Shown: positions 50,681 to 64,000 of the stretch, piece after piece
Layout of the letters: each line of letters begins with the position of its first letter
How positions within the stretch are numbered: the stretch's first letter is position 1
From: Perna viridis
Taxonomy: Eukaryota
Direction of reading: 5' to 3'
Assembly (NCBI GenBank): GCA_037379345.1
Contig: CM074520.1
Coordinates: 21,617,488-21,681,487, forward strand
Length of the DNA stretch: 64,000 nt
The notes under the pieces: model-generated
Databases searched by the model: none
Told to the model about the DNA's origin: nothing
Seen by the model: the letters and a program-made list of their open reading frames with translations, nothing else
Made by a program: the position numbers and the translations under genes

Positions 50681-52153
50681 ATAGATAGTCTAACCCGGAG
50701 AGCTAAGTTGGCTGTTGCCATTTCTTCGTGCCCGTCGTCGTCATCTACAAATTTTTCAAAAAATATTCTCCCCTGAAAGTACCGAGCGGAATTATATGAA
50801 ACTTTGCACGGATTTTTCTTACGGTGTCATACACAAAATTTATGATTAGATTTAAAATCTTTTTAAAAAGATGGCCGCAATAGCTACTTTAAGGTCACAG
50901 GGATCAAGTCAACAATATCTACATTTCTTTCAAAAACTAATAAAGATATTTGAAAATAAATGAGACTTACCTTCTTCAGCTTGAGGAGTTTTATGAAAGA
51001 CTTCAATAGGTCAATATTGTCAGATAATTTTTGGGAGAGTTATTTCAATGATTTGAAAATTAAATTAGATAGGAAAATAAATTGTTGAAAGAGTAATCAA
51101 GGTAATAGCGGTAATCAAAAGAATGTAATCCAGGGACAAAGACCAGACATGGAAAACAGATATAAAAAATGAAATTGTTTGTTAAAGTTATTGTTCTTGA
51201 AAGGTGAAAAATATCACTAACCGATAAAAGAAAATTAATTGATGAAATGATCTTCATCAATATCAAGTAAACTATAATAAAAAAAAAATATTAATTGATG
51301 AAATCATCTACCAAAGTCAAAACTGTCGGATGATTTCTTGTTAGAAGTATTATCCATAAAATGTGTAAAATGACGTTTTTGCAGTTTTAAGCCAACATTT
51401 TGAACACTAACCGATAGAAGAAAAATTCAATTGATTAAATTTTATTTATGATAAAGCCAAAAAAGACATTAAATGTCAAATTGTCGGGTGAGACCTTACT
51501 AGAGTTATTGCCCATTAAAAGTGAAAAAAAACAATACTTCTTTTTGCAGTTTTTTTGCATTGTATCATGAAAACTATAATATATTAAAAAAAGAACTTTC
51601 AATTTATGAAATCTTCATCATCAAAGGGTCTACAAAAAAAAAATTACAAGTCAAAATTGTCTGATAACTCCTTGTTAGAAGTATTTTCATTAAAGGGTGA
51701 CAATATATGTTTTTGCAGTTTCCGGCCGTTTTTTTATTTCAAGGGTTCTCAAGAGAATCAAGGTTATAGCGGTTATCAAAATGTAATCCAGGGACAAAAA
51801 CCAGACATACACAACAAAGAACATAAAGTATCTAAAATCATACATACAAAGTAACAAAGCAAATGAGCAAAACTATTAATAAAATATTTTTTTTATGATA
51901 AGGCTTACAAAAATCTCTTGAAGTCGAAATCGTCGCATGTTAGAGATTTTATCCCTGAAAGGCGAAAATGGTAATTAATGGTCCATTTCTTGGAAACTAT
52001 GACAGATATGAAATAACTTATTTGCTTAAATATTCGACGGATAAGGCCTACTAAAGTCCGGCGTGTTATAAAAGTCGTAGGATAACTCATTGTTATATTT
52101 ATTGCAATTGAAGGCCAAAATTTGGTGACAATCCGGCTCCTGAGAGCCTATTG
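50681..52153 (+). mobile_element. HINE/Helentron-like element inserted into a T-run, with two nested short Naiad tail pieces (51090-51165, 51745-51870)
   Basis: Empty site gagtttttagtggat in gene A (~2168); (CGT)n near 50731; internal tandem repeats; 3' hairpin GGCTCctgaGAGCC at 52135-52148 followed by tattgtt. Confidence 0.75.
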
Positions 52154-52421
52154 TTAGTGGATACTTAAGAAAATTATGACAAATAATGAAAGTTCACTCC
52201 CACCCTCCTAAAACGTAATATTTAAGATCTGTAAACAACACACTTCTTAGGGCAATTTAATATTTAATAGCATTTGTTTTAAAGCATTAACATACATGTT
52301 TCAAGTAGAACCTTAGTAACTTCCGTCCTGTATTTTACTAATACACCACTTGCTACAATAACACTGTATTGCATGATCATATTAAATATTATGTTGTGCA
52401 TGATATTTCAAAAATGAACAG

Positions 52422-52745
52422 GGCAAGTAAACAAGATGAAATGGTTAAAGATGGAAAAACCACCATTGACTACTACATAGCTGAAACCAAAAAGTACAAG
52501 GAATTAAGTGAAAAAGCAATCTCTGACAATCTTCAATTAAAAATGGAAAAAGAGGAATTACAAACGCTTGTCCAAAAACTGAGAGCTACTTCTAAGGATG
52601 AGAAGAAGAAAAATCAAAATGAAATCGACTCATATAATATCAAGATAAAAGCATTAGAACAAGAGAAAGACGAAATGGTGAAAACACTTGAGAATCAAAC
52701 GGCGCAAATATCATTACTGAAGAACAAATATATGAAGGGCACCAG
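52422..52745 (+). CDS. Gene B coiled-coil exon (324 nt, phase 2-2): ASKQDEMVKDGKTTIDYY...KNKYMKGT(R)
   Basis: aacag acceptor, CAG|gtattt donor, 108 open codons; paralogue of the 2459 exon. Confidence 0.88.
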
Positions 52746-53897
52746 GTATTTATATGAGCTGTTGCAGAGAGGTTTGCTTTACATAATCCTGAACACTTAT
52801 TCTGACAACAAAATGGCAATATTTTAATCTTTTTGTTTCAATTCATTTGTTTCTTATTTCCCTTGCTCTAAAAGGAGTTTGTATAAAGAGATCGCAATCA
52901 TAAAATTTTCTAAAAGCGGAAGATTTGCTTATGTTTTGTTTTCTCGGCAAATTTGACGTTTGAACTAGAATCTAATTTCATTAGGAAAACTTCTGATGAC
53001 ATCGAATTCCATGAAAGATGACACAGAATGTTTTCCTATATAAGACCTAAAAATACATAAAAGATATGTCAACATCGTATGTGATATCAATCCCAATTAA
53101 GTTCTTGCGATATTTCAAAAGTGTGACCGCGATGTCCTAAATATGAAGGGGGTCTAAAACATGGATGATGTACATTATTTGAGCGTGTTTATTTTATTTT
53201 TTTTAATATTTGATATAATACCCGTTGGTCGAGACATCGCAATTAACAAAACTGCCGTGCTTCATCAATGAAGTTGTTGTGAGTATAAATTGTCAATCAC
53301 AAGACTTGAATTAACAGAACTTCAGAAACACCTCTCTATTTGTTCTCAATTTCCTTCCTAAAATTGATGATTTTAAGAATTAATCAATGTTGCTGAAAAG
53401 ATAAAAAAGCACTACTTTTAATGAACCCGTCACTATAAATTTGTGCTATTTAAAGAATTATATATTTTTCACTTTTATTAAATTTTTATATATTAAAACA
53501 AAACAAATTATTACTGCCGTTGTTTTATGTGTCTTATTTTATTTCATTTGTTCTTGCTCGTGAAATGAGCGAAAATGAATGGTTCAATAATTAAGTTGGC
53601 TTACAATACAAAACATGATCTACCTTAAGAGGTAAACAGTTAATGAAATAATAGTTTATGACTTTCAGACGAAAATACTCTGTAATATAACATAATGATA
53701 AACTTCAAATATATGTACTTAATTTGGACATTAACGGGTACAGATTGTGCACAATTCAGGATATTTTGCACTTTCGCCCATTTTATATTAACAGATTTTA
53801 AAAGATTATTCTGCTTAGTGTGATTTATTTATTTTTATTTTAAAGTGATGCAAATAGTTCAATTTTACTATTGATTTATTTTACAATGTTATTTCAG

Positions 53898-53992
53898 ACT
53901 AGATGAAATAAAAGCTAGAGGATGCGAGTTATGTATTGAGTTTCACACAAGTTAATGATTACCGAATATGAATTGAAAGACGTTCAGAGAAG
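53898..53992 (+). pseudogene. Gene B CxxC exon with a 1-nt deletion (95 nt): LDEIKARGCELCIEF/HKLMITEYELKDVQR(R)
   Basis: atttcag acceptor, AG|gtttat donor; same module as the 96-nt exons but frameshifted at tttcacac. Confidence 0.7.
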
Positions 53993-55229
53993 GTTTATAG
54001 TTTGCTTAAATTAGCCCTGTTTGCAATCCTTGTATTAAATAAATATTTGAAATAAGGCATTTCATAACTATATATTGTTTGAATGATACACTAAAGGATG
54101 TTTACATTGTATTTCCTACGATAACAAGGTTTCAGCATTTGTGGCACGTGGTATAGAACAAAGAAGAATCATTTTCTGTTGGATTGTTGGTTGGAAAAAT
54201 GTATTTTCTATATGATTGTTATTTTTTCTGATTTTGTGTGTGTTAAAATACTTAGACGAAGAGTATCGTGAGTAGGACTGATGTTATTACAATAAGTTCC
54301 CTTAATCCAATGGTTAAATGCTAGATCTAATTTGAGTCCGAACATTTGGCATAAAGAACTCATATGAAAATGATTTCATTATGTTAGATTATTGCGTGAC
54401 GAACCACAAAGTGCTTGAGCGTCGCTTTAAATTTTAAAAAAAAGGGAACCAAAGTTATAGCGGTAATCAAAAGAAAATAAACCAGGGACAAAGACCAGAC
54501 ATGGAAAACATACACAACAAAGTAGAGTAAGCGTCCTCAACTTGTGATGTAAAAGTGTTGTTGTATACCTCTCAACATAAATACTTACGCAACAGACACT
54601 TAATGTTGTAAGTCAAAGGATTCCTTTGTCACATAAATAAAGTATGGATCCTTACTTAGTCTATCGGTGTTGTGTAGAAGACATTCAGTTTCAACTTATA
54701 TCTAAAAAGTCAAATAGACACAATTTACCAATCAGGCTGGCTCCTGCATGACACTCTGTTTCACACTCCTAATTGTCTTTCTTCGTCTGTCCCCTTCCCC
54801 TTCGACACTCTCTCCCTCTCTCTTGTATACCATCCCCAACGTCCTTAATCTTGACAACTAGTTAATGTCCGATGAAAAAGTATGATAAAATATGAGGTTG
54901 AAAATTGTTAGGGCATCATAACTAAAGCACTAGGAAACCATGTTTGGGGTACTAGAACTAATGAGGCTTAAAACACTAGGGCACAACGATTACGGCCGTA
55001 GGGCAATACACATGATCCAGTTCTACGACACATATAATTTAACTTAAACAAAACTGATGAAATCGAGAAATAGAATTAGAACAATGGGATTTTGTATCTA
55101 AATGTTCATAGTTATGAACATGAACTCCAAAATATACAAAAGAAAACGATAAAAAAATGCTGAAAATTTTCATTGACAACGTATTTTTCCAGTGTGGGAT
55201 GGTAAAAGAAAACTCTCGACCAAACTATA

Positions 55230-55680
55230 CGACAATTGCCATGACTTTGCATTCCATATTGTCAACTTTTATTTCATCCTAGTTTTCTTACAATTATGCT
55301 TCTGGAACAGGATTATGTCAAGATTAGTCATCGGTACAGAGGTTTTATGGTCGTCTTCATGACTTTGTGGAAATTTACGGTGTATCAGTCTGCACCATGA
55401 GAACAGATTTATTCATCGTGTCATTTCCTCTTACGTCTACCCTGGATTTGACTTTTTATGAGCAACTCGGTGGGTGTCTCAAGATATATTTAGTACGCTT
55501 ACCCTACTGGTAAACGTGCTCCTAGTTTTTAGTGGTGTCCGGGTTGCTCATTTATTACGGTTGCTTTGTATGTATTGTTTAGGTTATTTAAGTTCTTTGT
55601 TGTTTGTGTCTATTTTACATATCTGATCTCTGGATTATATTCTCTTGATGTCAGCTAAAATCTTATTTCCCTTGATTGAT
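55230..55680 (+). mobile_element. Naiad-type ORF C-terminus plus tail (diverged); a short minus-strand tail piece lies at 54445-54540
   Basis: gcttctggaacaggattatg...ttttatggtcgtc...tgcaccatga...atgagcaactcgg. Confidence 0.75.
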
Positions 55681-55786
55681 CTCTCGCGCCACATAAATAA
55701 GACAAAATACAAGTACGACATTAAACACTATAACAAAAGAGGGAAATTAATACGAAAATTCACCACAATTGTATATTTATCATTAG

Positions 55787-55882
55787 GCTATCTGATGAAG
55801 AAAGGCGTACATGCATGAAATGCGATGAACTTGAATTGAAGTTGTCCGCAGCATACACAGAAATTCAAGAGTTAAATGATAG
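55787..55882 (+). CDS. Gene B 96-nt CxxC/coiled-coil exon (phase 2-2): LSDEERRTCMKCDELELKLSAAYTEIQELND(R)
   Basis: tttatcattag acceptor, AG|gtttgt donor; same module as 3882-3977. Confidence 0.82.
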
Positions 55883-58041
55883 GTTTGTTGTCTTTTTTAT
55901 GATTTCGTCAATTCATATTTGTTTTCATTAGATAAGCAGTGACTTCTTAATTTATAAATACGTTTTGATTGTAAACAACTTACTTCCATATGGGACGATG
56001 TTTCGTAACAATAAAAACACTACAAGGCAAAAAGCAAAATAATTACCCTTATTCTTATTAAAAACCGTTTTGACATTTTCCAGCAAAATAGTCGCAGGAT
56101 ATTTCAGGCACTTCAAGTGTATTTTATACAACGCAAAATAACAAAGTCATAAAATGCTACACTGTGATGTGCAATGTTGACGTCAGCGTCTGCAGGCGAT
56201 TACAATTTTCCATAAACAGACACTTTTCGGAAATACTATCTAGAAACAATGGAAAATAAATAAATAAATAAAGGGTTTAAAGCATCACTTCAGTCTTCAG
56301 CTGAAATGTTCTTCAGAAATTTGCTTATTTCCACTTTATACGATTTTAGTAGGCGTGGCCTATTTTCCATATGTGGAAAACGGCGTAGTTTACAAGCTTG
56401 AACATCTCACGGAATCCCCTTTTAGTATTCTATACTCGGCGTCACATAAATAACATACTGTTAAAATTTGAATAAAAATATTTTCTACGACTTTATGGAC
56501 ACCTACCGTCGTTTAAATTGTCTTAAATGACTTGCTCATTCGTTTAGCCAAACGGCTTCTCCCTAAACATTGAATCGTTAAATTCCGGTCAGATTTTAAC
56601 TCTCGGTGCCAATATTTACATTGTAAAAAGTCGGCCATGTTTACAGTGATCGGGTTGCAAGAAGATGTTGTTTACGTTTAAATGGTTTGTACAGAAACCG
56701 AAGAATCCAAAATGCATTTCGGCGTTATTTCGGATATCTCGGATTTATTTTACGCGAACAACGTACAATACCGAGAAGTTGATCAAGCAGACGATTGTCA
56801 CCGGAGTTCGACGGGAACTTACGAACTTCGTTTGTAAACAAATCGTCCCGTAGAAACCAACATGGCGGATATTAGTATGGGATTTTCCCGTAAGGATTTA
56901 TTACGCATGATTTAAGCTAATAAGCGACTCGTTGGTACTAACACGTCATGCATATTTGCGAACTATCTTCATATCAAATAAAAGAGAGACAACTCTAGCG
57001 GTAAGTCCCGACGGTTTAAAAAGTAGAGCTTCAATTCGAAAATGTGTTATATGTGACGTCGAGTATAGTATTTACTCGGTGTTTCATTTCTATGTGAATA
57101 TTACCCACATGCTCATAATAGTCTATACATTTACAACACTAAGCACACACATGACATTATGGACAACAAGTGTATAAATGCAATAAAATGCATCCCCGTC
57201 ACAACACATATATCAGTACTATAAATAGATCAATGAAATGTGCAGCACCATGCACACTTGTATATCAAACTTAAAGCATTCAGTGCGATACATTGGATAA
57301 GATATGAATGTGCACGGTTATAATAAAGCACACAAGTGAAAGAAACATCGGATATCGTACAACCCACTGTATCGCTTTATCTTGAATTTAAAGATAGATC
57401 CTCTGAGCGTTTGTAAACAAACGAGAAACGAAAGTTGGACACGTACTATGTCGGTTTTTCATCTCGCCAGACCGGTTCCACTCAATCGAATTTCTTGTGT
57501 CATACATCAATAGCATCGGAATAAAATAGAAAATCTATTTATGTCAACAAATCGTGTTGAATAATGGAACAAAATAATCTTTCGCCGACTTTGACAGATT
57601 AACAAATTTCACAATATGATTGACTTCGATATTCTGACGATTCGTTTCTTTTCCCAGCAAAATTAAGGACAAATACATTAATACAAATTATATTGCCAAA
57701 TTTAAACAAATTTGATTCCGATTTACAGGTCTGGCAAAAGCATTTTATAGTTGAGTTTAAAGAAGTCAGGAAATGATCACGGGATTCACAAGGGAAAATC
57801 CCAATAAATCGAAAGTAGAAAAATCAAACAAACCTCATACAAAACAAATAATAGCAATTTTACTCATTTTAAAACAGTTTTTCTTTAGAATGCGACTTTA
57901 CAGAATTTTGCTTTCATTTCACTTAAAACGGCATTAACCGTCCTGCGGTGTCTTAGATAATTAAAATAACATATCTTACTCTATATAAGTCTATCTGTGT
58001 AACAAATTTATTATTAGTACATAGTGTGCTTTCTTTTACAG

Positions 58042-58132
58042 GATGGACGATAGTATGAACTGTGCACAAGACATTACAACGAGAGATATATATGTTATTA
58101 GAGAGCAAATAAATTCAGACCAAATGCCCTAG
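58042..58132 (+). CDS. Gene B last readable exon: MDDSMNCAQDITTRDIYVIREQINSDQMP*
   Basis: ttcttttacag acceptor, phase-2 entry; gap-free weak alignment to gene A exon 15387-15479. Confidence 0.5.
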
Positions 58133-61100
58133 CTATTTGTATTGTATAAACAGTTATATTGTTTAACACAACAGAGAGCTATAATAATGCAAAAGTCTTT
58201 GATAATAATAGATTTGAAGGGTTGATAAATAATGATTAACTGAAATCCAAATTATTAATTGCTTTATCATATGACTAGTCGGTTCTGACACTTTCATCTA
58301 TCGAAAAACTAACATGCTCAACGGTGAAATTCAATACAGTTTATTATCCAAGTGTAAGCATCTTCGGACATTCCCCAAATACCATAAAATTGTTCATTTC
58401 ATTTGTTAGATTCTTTTCGGATTGTGAGTTGGTGATTGTGTGTGTTTTGTATTTATTTTGTTCATTTATTTACAATGTACACCTGTTTATTACTCAACCT
58501 TTAAACGTACAATCAATTAATCAAATTAATCAAAACTTGATGATATATTTGGATACACGCTGAATCTTTAACAAGTGCTAAAAACCTCGCTCGACACTTT
58601 ACCCGATTTTAATCAGAACATACAAAGGGCCATAAAGTACCAACATATCCAAATAACATCGTACTTTTAACAATCACATAATAGTATAGACTATTGAATG
58701 CTCTCATTGATGAATATAAATTGTTAATGGCAGGGACATTATATGAGAAAATGCTTATAACTTTGTATATTAAAGACGGCTAATAGAGGCATATGAAAAT
58801 CGTAAATGCTTTTTTGTAAATCATTATGGATTTTAACATGACTTAATATACCATACCAATTCTCAACCCTAAGTCATGATATCAGCCCGGGAGCGCTTAG
58901 CTCTCATCGAGGAAAATATTGTCGAAGTTAAAAGATTTGCACAATTTTTAATACTGTGAAAGAATTGTTATTCATGGATACCAACTTTTGTGGATTAGGG
59001 ATGAAACACAAGTTCGTGGATTCTTGAATTCGTAGTTTTGAGGTTTTTAGAAGACACATCAGTTAAAATCTTCTTTACGTTGGTAACCAAAATAATGTGT
59101 GTGTAAGGATTGCAACATTCGTACCGATTAAAGCTGCATTAGCTAGCATTTTCGTATTTTATTTTATTTATTTTTTTTTGCTCTGACTTTGAATTATTTC
59201 TATTAATTTGTACTATTCCCATATGATTTCATTTGATATCCACCAAACAAAAATACATTTAATACATGAAATAAATGTCCATACATTTATTGCCTTGCAA
59301 GACAAAAAGGCAACCTAGATAAATTCGTATGCATGATATTTCCTTTGACCTCAATCCGCGCATGCTCTGTAAGGGTCGATTAAAAAAAAGATGATTGCAA
59401 AGCGATATTGGTCAATCAACGGCAAGGAAGACCGACATGCCCCGACCGTAAAAGAAAAAAAGTTCGAATGTAACGCAATTATCCTTTTGAAATTGACATA
59501 ATGTGGCACAAATATAGTCAGTGATTGTCATCATTAATTTGAAAACTAATACAAATGAAATGTAAACAAGACACGTGATTAACTGTATACCCATTATTCT
59601 CCAAGGTGAAATTGTTTTTAATAATTGTGTTTACCCGTCGGCAATTTTCGGAAGTAATGACAAAAAATAATTCGATCAGAGCTATCGATCTTTTTTATTT
59701 AAAAAAACGTTGTTTTCACAATATTCAGTAGGTATTATCGATCGACGTCTATTGTTTCAATTGCATTATTACAAACGTATTTTATTGAACCAGAAAGTCA
59801 GTAGAATCATAACTGAAAAAAAATTGAAAGCTAATGCAGCTTTAAGAAATTGCACACCAAGCGATTACGAATCAGGCGTGAGATATAAATCGAAAATATT
59901 TGGTCAATCCGGTAGAGTCCATATCAAAAGTCATATCAAAAGATAAATGTGTGTCATTATAGCTATTTTCTACAAGTATATGATGATATAATATAGTAAA
60001 TATATACCATTGATAATATTTCTCCACCCATCATTTACTAGTTGTATACCAACATTCTCTGGTGAATACTTACAAAAAGAACAGTCATATATCATATATA
60101 TTATATATCTATGTATTTTGTGCAACTATATAACGATATCGTATACCTAAACAGACAACATACAAAAGCAATGACCCGGAATGACCTACCAATCAATTCA
60201 ATAAGATATCTTATCATTGAATGTTTACTACATATTGTTTGCACGTGTTCAATTGAAAATAAAGATACAGTTTCAAGAAGTCTCTCCGCCTTAAATATTG
60301 TATTGTCATCCTCTTTCTTTCACAGAATATTGAATGTGTTGCGTTAAGTAGCATTGGTATAAACCAACTGACAGTCTGTAACTTACTTAGTTAACAACAA
60401 CTCCTGGGAGACTGTAAGAGCCACCATCGAAAATGATTTATCAGAAACATTTGTAGTTACTTGAAGGTACAACACCTACAATGAGATTAAATTTCCATAT
60501 TATTTCTTATGTGTGAATTGTATTTAGACTATTATAAAAACCTATTATTCCTGTAGAAGTAAGCAATAAAAAACAAAAAGATTGGTAAACGGATTCTATT
60601 TTTGTTTCTCCTAATTTGATGTCAGAAGCATGAACTTCTTTTGTATGCCTAATTTCTCATTTTTTACCTGTTTATGATACATTCATTGGCATATTACTAT
60701 TTACAATAGAAACATTACCAAATAATTAATACCAATGCCCAACATTATTGTTGGTTTTAATCAAATGTGGCTCCCAGAGCGCAACATGAACTTCGCTGTT
60801 GATTATATGGTGATATGGGTCTTCGCATTTTGTGACTACAAATCCTCAATAACTGCTCAGTAGATTTTTTAATTGAAACTTAAAGAGAATCCAAGTACAT
60901 GACAAATCATTAATACAGGAAATAGACACTTTCTTCTACCAACACAAGTAAGGTGACTGAAAAAAATATATACAGTTTCAAGTAAAACTACGCAAAACAA
61001 CTTATGCTTTATGCAGTTTATAGATGCACACATGATTCTACAGTTCAAATCACCATTCCAATTTTTCTAAATCTTAATTTTAATTATTATTCTTCGTCTT

Positions 61101-61375
61101 CCTATCGATAGATATCGCACTTGTGGAATGCAAGCCCACTCTGCCTGTTACGTATACGCTCTTTAATCAGAAGAGAATGTATACAATACAGCAGGTTTAT
61201 ACTAAAACTGTTTTTTTTAAGGTTTTTCTATGAAAATTCCTATAAATACCATTTGTTAAAAGTTTTTTTTTTTTATTCAGATATATTGCAGAGTAATCGA
61301 CAGATATCTTGAATTAGAATTTCGTTGGTCTTAATTATTAAAATCGTTCTACAACCCAAGATATTTATATAAGAG

Positions 61376-61578
61376 AGTAATCAAGGGAACCAAGGTTATA
61401 GCGGCAATCAAAAGAATGTAATCCAGGGACAACGACCATACGTGGAAAACAGACATTCACAACAAAGAACATAAAGTAACTAAAATCATACATACAAAGT
61501 AACAAAAGTAAATGAGCAACTCGGACTCCACTAAAAACTGGGAGCATGGACCAGGTGCAACGGTAGGGTAAGCGTCCT
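61376..61578 (-). mobile_element. Naiad-type 3' tail copy (5'-truncated); a further fragment at 62645-62738
   Basis: gagtaatcaagggaaccaaggttatagcgg...ggtagggtaagcgtcct. Confidence 0.8.
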
Positions 61579-62863
61579 ATACATATAAATACATATAATT
61601 AGATATGTATACATAGAATACCTATAAATAGATTTTATTTTTCAATAATCCCATCTCAAAGGATCAAAAGTTGTGCACAATTTGGGCTCAGGAAAGATCT
61701 CTTCTGATTTAGACAAGACTTATGCAAATTGATGTTTTAGAGAATAAGTGAAATCGAAGCTCAGAGACATATATACTTAATAAAGTACACTTCTTAGACT
61801 AAACATTTGCTTCCACAATTTTCAATTCAATTCCCTTATGGACTTTAGCAGTAGAAGAAGGTCTAAGACTTTGTAACAACATAGTTTGCACAATGGACAA
61901 AATCATACTCATTGAAAAAGTATGATATTTGTTTAATAAATGAAGTAACAAACTTTGATGATGTCTTTTTATCATTTAACGTGTCAATGTTATTACATAA
62001 ATAATAAACTAAACCTTTAAATAGCGCCTTTAACCATTAAAGCAAATTGCATTGGGATATGTTAGTTTCAGATCCGTTAACAATCCAGCGAACTAGAACT
62101 ACACGTATAACCGGTGAACGATTCAAAACACATGATACTATTTTCGCTTTTACTTCCGTCATATGGCACAAAATATATAGGTTAAATATTGCAATTCAAA
62201 TCTTTATTAACGAAGTCGTTGATGCCTGTTTGATTTATTAGGATACGTGGTCATATTGTTGTCTAACAACTCTCTTGTCTTCGATTTCTTACATTGTGTG
62301 GCCACTGATATATCTTAAGGGCAAGGACAACAAACTTGGAATTGTAGAAAGGAAATATTAGTCAGACACCTCAACCCGTTTTTCAACTATTTGATAGAAT
62401 TTTGTTAATTGTGTCATTACAAATTATTTATACAATATTACCTAGACATTTGTAAAAAAAAAAAAATCAAGAATTAGAGTAAAATCAACGATTTATTAAC
62501 CAAAAACAAATATTTTAAAAGTACATTATTGATGTTATAAATTATCAAATCAAAACGGCTATTCCTTATTTCAAATAAGTCGATGTTCATTCTTCTGCTT
62601 ATTAAGTAATTGCTTTATTCTTAATTTAACCTATTTAAAAAAAAAAGAATATAAAGTAACTAATATAATACATGCAAAAGAACAAAAATAAATGAGCAGC
62701 TAAGACTTCATTAAAACTGTGAGCGTGGACGAGGTGCAAGGAAACGGTATTATTGATTGGAAATATTGAGAATTTGAGAATGCAGTCCAACATTAATTCA
62801 AATATTTGGGTAATCGTACTGAACGTTCTTGTAAGTCATCGTTTATATTATTACCAATAAGGC

Positions 62864-62939
62864 GGGAAATGGGTCTTTGACTTTACTCTAATAAGTCAAA
62901 GTTGGGAAATGGGTCTTTGACTTTACTTTAATGAGTCAT
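62864..62939 (+). repeat. Two-copy 40-bp tandem repeat
   Basis: gggaaatgggtctttgactttact.taat.agtca occurs twice. Confidence 0.8.
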
Positions 62940-64000
62940 ATCTACGTTAACAGTAAAAAATTGGAGTATTCAAATCCTTGACCGAAAACAGTTTGTTTTC
63001 TAATCATTCAAGTCAAAGGTACCTTTAGTATCTTTTTGCTATTCCGCCTTACCGGTGTATATTTTTACCTTCTGAAGAGAAGTCAGCGTATACATGATAT
63101 ACTATCATGCAACTTTGTAAATACAATTTATATGTATGCCTTTTGTACACTAATTTCCTTGCTTTATTTCAAATAAGTATATATGTGTTTGCTATTGCAA
63201 CGCCCTGCACCCTAATTGTTTATTTGTTTTGTTTGAATAAATTTGTTGAGAAGTAAAATTATCTTAACCATAAATTTATCTACATTACAATGTAAATATA
63301 AAAATGCGCAAATTTCTGTGCATGAGTTAAGTTTAAGTAGTACTCCAGAAAAGGATCATGCAAAATGTGATTCATGGGTAAAAAGCCTACATATTTTTAT
63401 TTTTGATATTTTTGTTTGAAATGTCATAGTAAAGAGAAATTAACATGTGGTTTTTCAAATAACCCGTGCTCTTAGGAAATAAAAAGTGTATAGAATGCAC
63501 TGTAGATTTCATAATTAAGGGAGATAACTCTGTAAATGACGCTCAAATACAATAGAATCTACTGGATTTTCAATGTTGATTATCTCCTAAGAGCAGACAG
63601 ATTTGAATGAATAATTAAACATTTCATAGTATAGACCCATAAAACAACTAATAACAAAAGTAAAAATATGTAGCCTTTATTGGGGTGTATCACATTTTTC
63701 AGATTTTGCATGATTCTTACAAAGACAGCTACTTAATGCGTTCTTAGCACGAGTGTTCATATTTTGGTTATTCACGATGACCAATTGATTATCCTATTTA
63801 TTATATGGATTTTCTCCATTATTCATTGCTATTTTTAACATAGATGTTAACGTATGTGTACAACAGATTGATATTCGTTCTGTGACATTTTGGCTGGAAA
63901 AAGTCTGAGGGTGAAATTACCGAATTTATTTCACAAAGTGAATTATCGAATTTTATTACACTGTGAACAGTCGATAAAACACTGAGATCAAAATAATGAA

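Larger units (their letters stand above)
47360..52660 (+). repeat. Segmental duplication of ~350-2700 (exons plus introns), expanded by TE insertions
   Basis: Colinear intron anchors: aactttgataagccaat, caatagtaaaaactgttgac, gttaatgaatactggacattcat, cctgtattttactaatac. Confidence 0.92.

Noticed and set aside
56215-57960. Possible non-autonomous DNA transposon(s) in the GC-richer stretch
   Set aside because: Could not define TIRs, a TSD or coding remnants by eye.
58865-58950. Possible relic of gene A exon 16951 in gene B (P*VMISARERLALIEENI versus PELLARELENCSLQEENI)
   Set aside because: Match is too short, gapped, and lacks splice sites; could be chance.

Overview
AT-rich, repeat-dense eukaryotic genomic DNA with spliceosomal introns and two assembly gaps (1750-1879, 15195-15362). 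The repeat content suggests a bivalve mollusc, probably mussel-like (inference from recalled repeat and protein families). Most ORF-track entries are noise. Manual splice-site reading gives two tandem paralogous + strand genes for an unrecognised coiled-coil protein. Gene A (exons from 880 to a stop at 22944; 5' end probably upstream of the window) has only phase-2 introns, so its internal exons are symmetric, in-frame skippable cassettes. One is a 96-nt 'CxxC + coiled-coil' exon that is being duplicated and lost. Gene B (core 46718-58132, candidate 5' exons from 36057) carries several lesions and may be a pseudogene. An intron of gene A holds a ~8.8-kb imperfect palindrome (5951-14775). Between the genes lie a 411-bp tandem array of a tRNA-Leu-derived element with a conserved extra upstream domain, a decayed CR1-group LINE with a 2A-like peptide, and a B-box/TRIM-like pseudogene fragment. 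There is also a decayed Gypsy remnant. Penelope-like (Naiad-type) RT fragments, about 14 copies of their structured 3' tail, Helentron-like (HINE) elements and a TA-flanked MITE are scattered through the window.
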